A DNA stretch of 64,000 nucleotides from an uncultured Candidatus Saccharibacteria bacterium (GCA_964489135.1 CAZAXK010000001.1:20615-84614); one strand, 5' to 3'; counted from the first letter of the stretch, positions 38,948 through 48,794 are shown. The notes: generated from the letters alone by a model not told the origin. Numbers and translations: made by a program.

Positions 38948-40297
38948 ATGGAAGCGCAAAAAAAGATTATCGTCCGATATCCGCCGAGCCCGACTGGATT
39001 GTTGCATGTAGGAAATGTCAGGACCCTGCTTTTTAATTATCTTTTTGCCAAGAAAAACAGCGGACAAATCGTTTTCCGCCTCGAAGATACCGACAAAGAA
39101 AGGTCCAAGGAAGAATACGCAAACGACATAATCGACAACCTGAAGTGGCTCGGGATAGAGCCGGATTTTTCTACCACTGTGCGTCAATCAGACCGAACAG
39201 ACGTCTACAAAAAATACCTGACCAAATTGATTGAAGAAGGCAAGGCCTATCTTTCCAAAGAAGAGTTTACTGAAGAAGGCCAGAGGGCGGAAGTTATACG
39301 GTTCAAGAATCCAAATACGAAAATAAAATTTCACGACCTCATAAGAGGAGATATAGAATTCGACACTTCGGATCTGAAGGATTTTGTTATTGCTAAAAGT
39401 CTCGATGAACCAATCTACCACATGGCCGTAGTTGTCGATGACTTCGAAATGGGAGTGACACATATAATACGGGGTGACGACGGAATATCGAATACTCCGA
39501 GACAGATACTTATTCAGGAAGCTATAGGCGCTCCTCGACCAATATACGCGCATGTACCACTCGTCTTGGCTGAAGACAAATCCAAGCTTTCTAAGCGCAA
39601 ACATGGAGAGTTTGTTTCCGTATCGTATTACAAAACAGCTGGCTACCTACCGGAAGCAATGGTTAATTTCCTCGCTCTCATTGGTTGGAACCCTGGCACA
39701 GAACAAGAGATTTTTAGCAAGGAAGAATTGATCAATAATTTTGATATTGAAAGGGTCCAGAAAAAAAGTGGCATATTCAATATCGAAAAGCTCAATTGGA
39801 TCAACCGTGAGCACATTCTTCGACAGAGTGCCGAAGAAAATTTTTCAATTTTCAATTTTCAATTTTCAAAAACGAAGTGGTGTGACCATCCCAAAAGCCA
39901 AAACGAGGAATTTATGCATAAATTTATGCAAATTCTTATCGACCGAATCCATCGTTGGGGCGAGGTTTCCGAACTACTGGAGGCGGGGGAATATGATTAT
40001 CTTTTTGATCTTCCCACTTACGAAGCCCCATTACTGGTCTGGAAGAAGTCCAACCAAGAAAAGGCCAGAGGCCACCTGACAAGAATGCTCGAAATCATTA
40101 CCGAATCAGAAAATATCGACCTTGCTTGGCAAGAGATATTTGAATACGCCGAAAAAGAGGGGAAAGGGGACGTGCTCTGGCCACTCCGCACTGCCCTATC
40201 GGGCAGGGAAAAATCTCCCGACCCACATACTCTTATAATGATATTGGGCAAGGAAGAGACGCAACAACGAATCCAAAATGCCTTATCCAAACTATAA
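38948..40297 (+). CDS. gltX: Glutamate-tRNA ligase
   Basis: RYPPSPTGLLHVGN, RLEDTD, THIIRG, KLSKR. Confidence 0.95.
   Translation: MEAQKKIIVRYPPSPTGLLHVGNVRTLLFNYLFAKKNSGQIVFRLEDTDKERSKEEYANDIIDNLKWLGIEPDFSTTVRQSDRTDVYKKYLTKLIEEGKAYLSKEEFTEEGQRAEVIRFKNPNTKIKFHDLIRGDIEFDTSDLKDFVIAKSLDEPIYHMAVVVDDFEMGVTHIIRGDDGISNTPRQILIQEAIGAPRPIYAHVPLVLAEDKSKLSKRKHGEFVSVSYYKTAGYLPEAMVNFLALIGWNPGTEQEIFSKEELINNFDIERVQKKSGIFNIEKLNWINREHILRQSAEENFSIFNFQFSKTKWCDHPKSQNEEFMHKFMQILIDRIHRWGEVSELLEAGEYDYLFDLPTYEAPLLVWKKSNQEKARGHLTRMLEIITESENIDLAWQEIFEYAEKEGKGDVLWPLRTALSGREKSPDPHTLIMILGKEETQQRIQNALSKL
39840..39870 (+). repeat. Tandem ATTTTCA heptamers in frame in gltX
   Basis: ATTTTTCA-ATTTTCA-ATTTTCA-ATTTTCA; encodes FSIFNFQFSK. 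Confidence 0.7.
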
Positions 40298-41552
40298 AAA
40301 AACATTTGCGCTGTTTTTGGCGGTTATCTTTTTTTTAACCAATTGGTCATGGGTTTTTGCGCAGACGGAAGGTGAATTGCGAAGTAAAATCGAAGATCAT
40401 AATACAACTATCAAGAAAATCGAGGAGGAGATAAAATCCTACGAAAAGCAGGTAGACGCCGTGGGTACGCAAGCCAAAACATTAAAAAATGCGATTACTG
40501 AGCTCGAGCTCAGTCAAAAAAAGCTCAACGCGGAAATCCGCAAAAGCGAAGCAAGCATTGCGAAGTCGAACCTTCGTATAAAAGAATTGAGTGGCCAAAT
40601 GACCACCACCGAAGAAAAGATGTCGGTAAACTCGCAGGCCGTCGCTTCAACCTTAAATGCCATGAGGCAAAGTGAGGAACAATCTCTCATTGAGGAAATC
40701 CTTAGCAATCAAAGTATTTCTGAGGTCTTAGACAATTACGAGTCAATTAGCCAGTTCCAAAAGGAGATCCGAGCGCGATCAAAGGAGCTCGCCGTCTTCA
40801 AGGAAGATCTGGCTGATAAAAAAGAAGCGACTGAAAGCGAAAAGGCCAAACTTCTCTCGCTCCAATCAGAGCTCAAAGACCAATACAAGATACTCGACAA
40901 CAGCAAGAAGGAGCGCAACAACCTACTTGCTGTAACCAAAAACCAAGAAGCTGAATACAAGAAAATGCTTGCCCAAAAACAAGCCGAGAAAGCCCGTTTC
41001 GAAAAGGAGCTTTTTGATTTCGAATCTCAGCTCAAGCGAGTCATCGATCCCAAAAGCTACCCGAGTGCTAAAACGGGAGTTCTATCGTGGCCACTAGATG
41101 ATGTCTACATTACCCAAGCGTTTGGCAGAACAGTTGACGCGAAGCGATTGTATACATCAGGCACCCACAACGGCATTGATTTTAGGGCTAGTCGTGGGAC
41201 ACCCATAAAATCAGTTTACTCAGGGGTAGTTGAGGCCACCGGCAACACTGACGAACAGCGTGGGTGCTATTCTTATGGCAAGTGGGTCTTGATCAAGCAC
41301 CCGAACGGCCTTTCAAGTCTTTATGCCCACCTCGACCTCATAAAGGTGGTGCCCAACCAGTCAGTTAGTGTAGGTGAGCTTATCGGCTACTCAGGCCAGA
41401 CCGGCTACGCGACTGGTCCCCATCTTCACCTCACACTTTTGGCGAGCCAAGGCGTAGTGGTCCAAAAGTACTCTTCGAGTAAAAATTGCAAGAATGTCGT
41501 AATACCGATGTCTGACCCGTCCGCTTACTTGGACCCAACACCATATTTCTAA
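40278..41552 (+). CDS. Coiled-coil M23 peptidase (EnvC-like architecture)
   Basis: Signal peptide, long coiled coil, HNGID, YAHL, TGPHLH (Zn ligands intact). Confidence 0.9.
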   Translation: MPYPNYKKTFALFLAVIFFLTNWSWVFAQTEGELRSKIEDHNTTIKKIEEEIKSYEKQVDAVGTQAKTLKNAITELELSQKKLNAEIRKSEASIAKSNLRIKELSGQMTTTEEKMSVNSQAVASTLNAMRQSEEQSLIEEILSNQSISEVLDNYESISQFQKEIRARSKELAVFKEDLADKKEATESEKAKLLSLQSELKDQYKILDNSKKERNNLLAVTKNQEAEYKKMLAQKQAEKARFEKELFDFESQLKRVIDPKSYPSAKTGVLSWPLDDVYITQAFGRTVDAKRLYTSGTHNGIDFRASRGTPIKSVYSGVVEATGNTDEQRGCYSYGKWVLIKHPNGLSSLYAHLDLIKVVPNQSVSVGELIGYSGQTGYATGPHLHLTLLASQGVVVQKYSSSKNCKNVVIPMSDPSAYLDPTPYF

Positions 41553-41592
41553 ATTAAATTAAAAATTTTTTTAAAAATAATTTTTGCAAAAA

Positions 41593-41775
41593 ATGAAAAA
41601 TCAAAATAGGGGATTTATAAAAATCACAATCATACTGGTCGTCGCGCTAGTCCTACTCAAGTATGTCTACGACATAGATGTGATAGGCAAGGTCTACGAA
41701 GGATGGCTCTGGATTTGGGGCAGGTACGGAGACTCGATCATGAATGCATGGGAGTGGATAAAGAACAAGATCTAG
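41593..41775 (+). CDS. Small membrane protein
   Basis: MKNQNRGFIKITIILVVALVLL...; N-terminus resembles a prepilin-like G|F site. Confidence 0.6.
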   Translation: MKNQNRGFIKITIILVVALVLLKYVYDIDVIGKVYEGWLWIWGRYGDSIMNAWEWIKNKI

Positions 41776-41960
41776 CAACACGGCTCAAATCAAGAGCGCT
41801 ACATTCGCCCTATAGTATACTACCCAAAAGATATATTGTGCGACGTTACTAATCTTTGGTAGTCGGCCACCCCCTTAGTCATTACACAGCCCAAAATTTT
41901 TTCTCGCCAAAATTTATTTTTTAACATTCTTCCCTATTAAGAAAGCTCACCCATGCCAAG

Positions 41961-42006
41961 CAAAACAAAAAGCCCCCTGTTTGGCACAGAGGGGCTTTTT
42001 GTTTTT
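41961..42006. terminator. Bidirectional intrinsic terminator
   Basis: AAAACAAAAAGCCCC..CTGT/ACAG..GGGGCTTTTTGTTTT between convergent genes. Confidence 0.8.
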
Positions 42007-42049
42007 GGCAGGATAGGGGCCATGCGACCCCCTGCCCTACCCTTGGATC

Positions 42050-42505
42050 TTATCTATTGACAATGAAGTCGTTGTAGGCCAGAGTTTTGCTCCAGCAAGC
42101 GCCTGAGGACTTCCATGGGCGCACACCATACTTATCGAAAATATATCTCGCATAAGCGGTATTGCCTTCGATCGTAAGGATGTCGAATCCGAGCTTCTTG
42201 GCATCTTCGCCATGATAGTACTCGTTGATCTGCATCACTCCGCGATCGAGCGAATTGACTTCGCCACGTAGGACTTCACCGTTCACATCATACTGCCTGA
42301 ATCGAGATTCGCATTTCGCGATCTCGACCATAACCGGTATGTCGGAGAAATAATTTCTCACATACTCTTCGGCAGTCATTTGTTTCGCTTCGACTGCGAC
42401 CGGCTCATTGCTGAGCGAGGCCGGAATCGAAACTTGATTAGAATTCAAAGTACCACTTATGCTACCTGCAATGACAAGTAGCCCTAGAGCTGTAGTTCCA
42501 AAAAT
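42050..42505 (-). CDS. Secreted lysozyme-like/lytic transglycosylase-like protein; start uncertain
   Basis: IAKCES (catalytic Glu), GVMQIN, GNTAYA, PWKSS..CW. The frame is open upstream of TTG 42448 through a hydrophobic leader. Confidence 0.75.
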   Translation of the reverse strand: MFGTTALGLLVIAGSISGTLNSNQVSIPASLSNEPVAVEAKQMTAEEYVRNYFSDIPVMVEIAKCESRFRQYDVNGEVLRGEVNSLDRGVMQINEYYHGEDAKKLGFDILTIEGNTAYARYIFDKYGVRPWKSSGACWSKTLAYNDFIVNR

Positions 42506-42727
42506 AAGCCAATTGTTTAATTTTAATCCACACTGCCCTTACCCAAACAGACCTTACACCAAGAGCGTGCGGGAGGTGAAAAGTGAAAGAATCGGAGCGC
42601 GACTCATAAAGTTTGCCCCGCTTTGACACTCTTCGCCTCTCTCATATCTGGCTAAGCGCCTTTCCTGCATAGCAGGATCAGCTCTGCCCAGATAAGCAAA
42701 AATCCAGCATTCACTGGACCTGCTATA

Positions 42728-42756
42728 ATAATAGCACTTTTAACTCTTGCTGTCAA
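42728..42756 (-). promoter_or_regulatory. Sigma70-type promoter giving a ~215-nt structured leader
   Basis: TTGACA-17 nt-TATTAT with extended TG. Confidence 0.7.
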
Positions 42757-42783
42757 TAGTAAAGTGTGGTCTAATTTTGGACC

Positions 42784-45276
42784 CTAAAATTCGATAAAAT
42801 TGGGGTTTAGAGCAAAGTTGGCTGTTACAGTTTTGGCCGAGCTCATAGTAACCGTGCAAGTTCCCGTGCCCGGACACGATCCACCGCCCTGCACCGTCCA
42901 ACCAGTGAATATTCTACCTGAAGCCGGTGTCGCCGTGAGGACAACGTTGGTATCTTGGTCAAAATCTTTCGAACATGTGCCACCACAATCAATTCCCGAT
43001 GGGGAGCTGGTTACCCTTCCCTGCCCTGACTTTAGCACCGTGAGCCCGTACTGATTGGGCACCTGCACACTAACTCTCACGCTATCAACCGAATTAATAC
43101 CGCTCGGCAGGCAGGTTAGGGTGTAAGTTTTATCGCCCGTCAGATTGCCAGATGAGCGACTGCCTGAAGTGCCGGTCCAGCCCGTATCGACAGAACATGA
43201 AGTAGCATTGGTTGAGGTCCAACTTATAGTAGAAGCTGTGTTGTATGGTACAGAGAGCGGACTAGCGGTGATATCAGCGACTGCCGATACGGGCGCGGTG
43301 ACTGTTATATTCCCCAATGAATTCGATTGGGCACAAATATTGGATGAGGAACCGGCAACGTTGGTACAAGATACCGGGAAGGTTCCACCGGTATTGCCCG
43401 CGGTACAATTAAAGTTTGCCGTTGTGCGGGTGGTATTACCGCTATCCCAACTCGAGAAAGCACAGGACGCTCCACCAGATGTCGTCACACCGACAGCATC
43501 GATACCTCTTACCCCATAATCACACTTTACCGTAAATGCCTCGCCAGCCGATAGACTAGTTTTGGAAATACTACTCTTAGAGCTATTGTAGTTTAGAACG
43601 GCGCAGACTGGTGTATCGCCACAAGCATAGGCAACTCCCCCGCTTGCATTACGCACTTGCCAAGTACGGCCGACTTTATCCACAAATCTATATGGCTGAC
43701 CCCAGAGTATGCCGTTGTCTGCACCTTGATCACTCCACCCAGACCAACCGCTACTACGATTTATATTATAAACCCAATTACCGTTAGCCCACGTCGTCTT
43801 TAGAGCAACATTAAGAGACCAGCCAAGAGATAAGTTGAGAGGAAGCGAGGTAACGGCACCAATACCCGTCCAACTCGAATCAAAGTTACAATTGCTATTG
43901 CCGTTAAATTTGCAACTCTGAACATAGGCATTGGTAGTAGCTCCTTGTCCTCCCACAGCGATCACGATCGCATCTTTATATTGGCTGTCTAGAGTACTGC
44001 CGACATATATGCCGACTGGCTGGTAATCAGTCGCCCCTCGATCGTGCAAATATCGCCAAGTGCCATCGCAAACGGCTACCGTTGTTGACTGTGGCATGGT
44101 ACACTTTGCCTCGAAAGCATTTCCATTGCGACGCACTTCCATAATCCTCCCGCTAGAATCAGTAGCACTCTGGGTTGCACCGATAGCACCGGAGTTTGTT
44201 GCCCAACCATATATAGCAGGATATCCGTAAGCGCCTGTATTCGGCATAGTAACCTGATAATCCCAAGTACAAGTGTCACTCATACCATTTAGATACCTAC
44301 AAAATGTTGAGAAATTGCCGAAAGCCGTAGTAAGCTGATTGTACTGGGTATAATATCGCCCATTGTAAGTTGCTTTGAAATACTTTTCGTTGTTGGTAGC
44401 GCCATTGTTCCAAAGTATCCAAGGACCAGAACTTATATCTGGAATAGTGCCCGGCGGTATCTCACGCCACGTCGCATCGCAAACTACTTTGCGCGAGGCC
44501 TTAACAGTGACGGAATAGGTAATGATCTTGGGACATTCGGGATTGTCGCTATCATATGCCTTAATGTCCACACTGTATGTTCCAGGAGTGGTCGTGCGCG
44601 GAGTGATAAACATCGTCCCTGGGGTAGCACCGTTCGAAGTATTCACATTGTAGGTAGAGTCGGAGGTACACGTTGCCCCAACCGGACAGTTTACTATCTT
44701 GGTTATTACAGCAACATCATTCTTCTTAGGTCCACTTGTAATAGAAAAGCTAAGCGGTATCGCCTCATCAATATAACCAGAAACGCTAGTACCTCCCGCG
44801 GCGGTAATATCGAAAACTCCGGTTGGACAAGTTTCTTGTGTGGTTCCGTCGCCACTACTCCCCCCCGAAGTATAGGTAGTTACTCGGCCACAAGGAGCAG
44901 AGCCCAGACTACAGCTCGTGTTGGAGTATGCGTAACTACACCAAGGATTCGAGCAGGCCGATCCAGAAATATATTTGCCAGAATAATTACAATATACTGA
45001 GCACTCACAATACTGTGTTGTGACCGTCTCTCCTGTAGCGGCATCAGTGCTAGATCTAGTCTGACAGTTGACCCATTGCCCAGTGGGACAAACCGGTGCG
45101 GGGGCGGTTGAGGTGTACACACAAGTGCCTACGTCCTCGCAAGTATATCCGGTACATTGCACAGCAGATACTTCGGTAAAGTTCGAAAGGAATCCTCCAA
45201 CAACAAACATTCCTAGGATAATCACAGGCACGAAGATTCGATAATGCACAAAAAAGGATTTGAGTTTTTCTTTCAT
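42784..45276 (-). CDS. Secreted Cys-rich surface protein with Ig-like and C-terminal InlB-B-repeat-like domains
   Basis: N-terminal TM, many Cys, ASTISWTSTNATSC, GQGRVTSSPSGIDCGGTC...FTGW. Confidence 0.75.
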   Translation of the reverse strand: MKEKLKSFFVHYRIFVPVIILGMFVVGGFLSNFTEVSAVQCTGYTCEDVGTCVYTSTAPAPVCPTGQWVNCQTRSSTDAATGETVTTQYCECSVYCNYSGKYISGSACSNPWCSYAYSNTSCSLGSAPCGRVTTYTSGGSSGDGTTQETCPTGVFDITAAGGTSVSGYIDEAIPLSFSITSGPKKNDVAVITKIVNCPVGATCTSDSTYNVNTSNGATPGTMFITPRTTTPGTYSVDIKAYDSDNPECPKIITYSVTVKASRKVVCDATWREIPPGTIPDISSGPWILWNNGATNNEKYFKATYNGRYYTQYNQLTTAFGNFSTFCRYLNGMSDTCTWDYQVTMPNTGAYGYPAIYGWATNSGAIGATQSATDSSGRIMEVRRNGNAFEAKCTMPQSTTVAVCDGTWRYLHDRGATDYQPVGIYVGSTLDSQYKDAIVIAVGGQGATTNAYVQSCKFNGNSNCNFDSSWTGIGAVTSLPLNLSLGWSLNVALKTTWANGNWVYNINRSSGWSGWSDQGADNGILWGQPYRFVDKVGRTWQVRNASGGVAYACGDTPVCAVLNYNSSKSSISKTSLSAGEAFTVKCDYGVRGIDAVGVTTSGGASCAFSSWDSGNTTRTTANFNCTAGNTGGTFPVSCTNVAGSSSNICAQSNSLGNITVTAPVSAVADITASPLSVPYNTASTISWTSTNATSCSVDTGWTGTSGSRSSGNLTGDKTYTLTCLPSGINSVDSVRVSVQVPNQYGLTVLKSGQGRVTSSPSGIDCGGTCSKDFDQDTNVVLTATPASGRIFTGWTVQGGGSCPGTGTCTVTMSSAKTVTANFALNPNFIEF

Positions 45277-45280
45277 AATG

Positions 45281-45796
45281 TTACTTGGTTACTGACACCT
45301 CGACGTAAACATCCTTGGTTGATGCGTTCTCTGTAATAACAACCTTGAGCAATCCTTCGAAGCCCTCTTTCTTCGCCATATACATTTTTATTTTCGGCGT
45401 ATTAAGAGAACTAAGCTCGTCTTGCTTTAGGTTGAAGGTTACCTTCCATTTTTTATCAGCAAAATACTTTTCGAAAATTTTGGCATTTTCCTCAACAGTT
45501 TTTTTCGAAAGATACTTATGTATACTCTGCGTCTCCGATTGTGGTTGCCAAGCAGAATTATAGAAATTATTTTGGTTTTCACTATTTTCGAGCACAATAC
45601 CTTTTTCTAGAGGTAAGTCATCGGGTAAGCCAATTGGGAGTTCGGTTTGCTCAACGACTTTGGTTGTACTCTTGACTGTCGGGTCTAGGGGTACCCCCTC
45701 TATCCCCTTCTGCCACGAGCCGGTCCGGTAGAGCACAAGCAAAACAACAATGACGATGATCGAGAGTAACAACAAAACTTTTTGCCCTGTAGTCAT
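45281..45796 (-). CDS. Membrane-anchored hypothetical protein
   Basis: 171 aa with an N-terminal TM segment; TATAAT lies 8 nt upstream. Confidence 0.7.
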   Translation of the reverse strand: MTTGQKVLLLLSIIVIVVLLVLYRTGSWQKGIEGVPLDPTVKSTTKVVEQTELPIGLPDDLPLEKGIVLENSENQNNFYNSAWQPQSETQSIHKYLSKKTVEENAKIFEKYFADKKWKVTFNLKQDELSSLNTPKIKMYMAKKEGFEGLLKVVITENASTKDVYVEVSVTK

Positions 45797-45894
45797 TTGT
45801 ATAAATTATACCTGCAAAATGCCACCCCGTCGGAGACGCCTGTGGAAAAGAAAGTGGTCCGTCTTGTCCCCCACTTATCCCCAAAATACCTTGC

Positions 45895-45922
45895 TTGACA
45901 AAAGCAAAAAAAGCTATATAAT
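45895..45922 (+). promoter_or_regulatory. Sigma70 promoter of the subtilase gene
   Basis: TTGACA-16 nt-TATAAT; strong SD AAGGAGGAG before ATG 45981. Confidence 0.75.
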
Positions 45923-45980
45923 TAAGCCAGTTTCATCGTTATTTGAAATAATTCGTCTCTTTTAAGAAGGAGGAGCTGTT

Positions 45981-47975
45981 ATGCTCTGGTTAGTTGTAGT
46001 GTTTTTTGCAACCTTCCCGGGGCTCGCCTTTGGCCAGCTCCAAACAAGTAACAAGATCCAGCTGACTGACTTGCAGTGCCTTGCGACACTCACGGAAACA
46101 CAATACCGTGGGACGCAAGGATTGTGGGCCAATGTGCCCCGTGAGCAGGTCAGCACGAAGCCCGAGCTTTTCGGGGCAATCCTGCCCGGCTCGGCGAAGT
46201 TTGAGTGGATCGAGCCCAACCTCCCTTACAAGGGAACGGTGGCTCGCGCCAAAATCGAAGATATCGGTGCCGACAGATGGGTCGTCTACGTCCCCCAAAA
46301 GGGACTTGGATGCGACTTACTACAGAAAAGTGGTGGAAAAAAGGTGGTTGAGTCAGCGCGCGTAAGCGCGGTCGTGTACTCGACGCAAACCCAAACACCA
46401 GCCGTGTCTGCGGCAACGCAGCAGAGGTTGGTGCAGGTGGGACTCGCTCCCATCCTACCACTTACGGCAACATCCTCATCGACGACCCTTCGGGGTATCG
46501 TCGTTGTGGATTCCGGTGTCCAGGTAGGTAATCCGCAGCTTCATCAGCGTGTGGATCCCACCAACTCCGCTTCGTTCGTCGGAGGCACCGCCTTCGACGA
46601 CAGGGCCGGACACGGGACGGAGGTCGCTGAGATCATCGCCGGTCGCACGGCAGGGTTCGTGTCATCTACACCGATAATTTCTTATCGAGTGCTCGACACA
46701 GTTCCGCGTGCCGACGGCGAAGGTAAAATTCTGGTGGGGTCGGAAGCACTTGTGCTCCGGGCCCTGCTCCGTTTGCACTTGCTCCCGTATGAGCGACTGG
46801 TCGTGAATATGTCGTTGCAATTCTGGGGCGACCCAGAAATGTGGCGACTTGCGATCGGATCGCTCAAAGATCGAGCCACCTTCGTGGTCTCGGCTGGGAA
46901 CGCCTCTAGTGGGGTTGAGCCAAATTCAAATTGGCTCCCCTGCTCGCTCTCGAACCTCGAGAATTTGATCTGCGTTGGAGGCACCGATGGTGCTGACCGC
47001 AAGATCGAGTTCTCAAACTTCGGGCCGGCCGTCGAGATCGGCGCTCCGGCTGTCGTCGAGACATCTCTCGGCACGGTGGCCGGCACATCTTTCTCCGCCC
47101 CGCAAGTCGCGGGAACAGTCGGGCTCATCCTTGAGCAGACTAGCGAGAATTTCTCGCCGGCAATGCTCAAGAGCTTCGCGCTTGGCGGACGCTTCTCGGG
47201 ATACCTGCAAGGTGTCTTCGAGGAGCCAGTGGTGCTGAACGCCACTTCCGCCCTCGCAATCGCTCGCCGGTGCGCATCCGGCAAATGTTCCTCCTCTTCC
47301 CTCTCCCCTTTCTCAATAACTGGGGTTGAGGGCACTTGGTCCGGATCTTCCAAGTTCACGTACAGTGACTTGGTGACGATCCGCGGCACGTCACTCGTGG
47401 ACCGCGTCTACGAGCAAGGAGAAGTTGGGACCATGCCCCTTCGGGTCATGGTCAACGGTTACCATGAGGAAGTAACCGTGCTGAGGGCCACGCCCGAAGC
47501 GATCGAGATCGTCCTCCCGTCGATGTTCCGAGGTTCGGTCTGGGCGCAAGCTCAGGGTCCGGCCCTCGGAGGCGAGAGCATCCTTGCTCTCGTCCGACTC
47601 GTCGACGGGGTCCCCGTGCCAAGCACGGCGACAATCGCCACCCGCTTCCGCCCGGAGCTTGGATCCCCCGCCGTGGGGCTCATCGCTCGCGCGGACGGCA
47701 CCACGGCCGGACCGGACAATCCGATCCGCGCCAACGAAACCATCCAAATCTTCCTATCGGGCCTCGAGGCGTTCACCGCCTCCCAGGTACCGGTGGAAGT
47801 AGAGTTCGGAGGAGTCTCTCAAAAGCTCCTCCCGGCGGCCACCCCCATACAAGGGGTGTACGTGGTATTCGTTGAGACCCCTAAGGTCTCCGGAGCCTAC
47901 GGGCTCACGGGACGGGTCTCCGCCAGTAGTTCTTCTTTCGACTTCGGCGTCAACTATGACGCCGGGGTTGAATAA
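45981..47975 (+). CDS. Secreted S8 (subtilisin-like) serine peptidase with C-terminal extension
   Basis: Triad VVDSG, HGTEVA, GTSFSAPQV; oxyanion SAGN; signal peptide. Confidence 0.88.
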   Translation: MLWLVVVFFATFPGLAFGQLQTSNKIQLTDLQCLATLTETQYRGTQGLWANVPREQVSTKPELFGAILPGSAKFEWIEPNLPYKGTVARAKIEDIGADRWVVYVPQKGLGCDLLQKSGGKKVVESARVSAVVYSTQTQTPAVSAATQQRLVQVGLAPILPLTATSSSTTLRGIVVVDSGVQVGNPQLHQRVDPTNSASFVGGTAFDDRAGHGTEVAEIIAGRTAGFVSSTPIISYRVLDTVPRADGEGKILVGSEALVLRALLRLHLLPYERLVVNMSLQFWGDPEMWRLAIGSLKDRATFVVSAGNASSGVEPNSNWLPCSLSNLENLICVGGTDGADRKIEFSNFGPAVEIGAPAVVETSLGTVAGTSFSAPQVAGTVGLILEQTSENFSPAMLKSFALGGRFSGYLQGVFEEPVVLNATSALAIARRCASGKCSSSSLSPFSITGVEGTWSGSSKFTYSDLVTIRGTSLVDRVYEQGEVGTMPLRVMVNGYHEEVTVLRATPEAIEIVLPSMFRGSVWAQAQGPALGGESILALVRLVDGVPVPSTATIATRFRPELGSPAVGLIARADGTTAGPDNPIRANETIQIFLSGLEAFTASQVPVEVEFGGVSQKLLPAATPIQGVYVVFVETPKVSGAYGLTGRVSASSSSFDFGVNYDAGVE

Positions 47976-47977
47976 CC

Positions 47978-48011
47978 AAAAGGTCCAGACCGCTTCGGCG
48001 TCTGGACCTTT
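47978..48011. terminator. Intrinsic terminator with a C(UUCG)G loop
   Basis: AAAGGTCCAGAC..GCTTCGGC..GTCTGGACCTTT. Confidence 0.8.
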
Positions 48012-48081
48012 CACCTTTCCCCTTCGTAATAGAAGAGGGTCACCCTCTTCCATTGGAAAAATGTGGTGTAATTTTTATGCT

Positions 48082-48774
48082 CTAAAGCTCGGCCTCAATA
48101 ACCTTTTCGAATTCAGCAAAGGGTAGGGCTCCCACCACGCGTTTACCATTTATAAATATTGTCGGGGTGCCGTTCACCTGTGCCTTCTCACCATCAGCGA
48201 TATCACTCTTCACAATGTTTGCTGTCTCTCCCGAATCAAGACATTGATTGAATTTTTGCGCATCGAGTCCGAGATTAACAGCGTATTTTTTCAGGTCAGT
48301 GGTACTGAGCCCCGAGCCGTCAGATCGCGTGCTGGCAAAAAGCGTATCATGATATTCGGAGAATTTGCCCTGCTTATAAGCACACTCCGAGGCCTCAGCG
48401 GCCTTCTCGGCAAACTGATGAATCGGCAATGGGAAATGTCGAAAAACTAATTTGGCTTTGCCGGTATCTACATACTTCTCCTTGATTTGTTTGTAAGCTC
48501 CAGCCCAAAAGCTCTGACAGAATGGGCATTGAAAATCCGAGAAGACTACTATCTCGACTTTGCCGGAGCCCAATGTAGGCGCGTCTTTTCTTTTGGCTAC
48601 ATCTACTTGCTCTGGAGGAGTATCGTTACTTTGCTGTCCCGCATTTTGTGTTCCTCGATTGGAAGATCCGCTTCCATTCAAACTCAAAAAAATACTCGCC
48701 GCTATTATGACCGAACCAACTAAAATACTTGCCGGTACTGACCATTCATTTTCGTTTTTGTTGAAGATACCCAT
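48082..48774 (-). CDS. DsbA-family thioredoxin-fold protein
   Basis: FSDFQCPFC, RHFPL, GTPT; N-terminal TM. Confidence 0.92.
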   Translation of the reverse strand: MGIFNKNENEWSVPASILVGSVIIAASIFLSLNGSGSSNRGTQNAGQQSNDTPPEQVDVAKRKDAPTLGSGKVEIVVFSDFQCPFCQSFWAGAYKQIKEKYVDTGKAKLVFRHFPLPIHQFAEKAAEASECAYKQGKFSEYHDTLFASTRSDGSGLSTTDLKKYAVNLGLDAQKFNQCLDSGETANIVKSDIADGEKAQVNGTPTIFINGKRVVGALPFAEFEKVIEAEL

Positions 48775-48794
48775 TGTTCTAAATCGTTTAACTT

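Noticed and set aside
42506-42721. c-di-AMP (ydaO) or c-di-GMP riboswitch
   Set aside because: The GGGGGAACC and CAGCUAAC motifs are absent, and GGCAAAC is not followed by the c-di-GMP-I pattern.
45841-45885. DnaA boxes or replication origin
   Set aside because: Only one or two imperfect matches, with no cluster and no dnaA/dnaN context.
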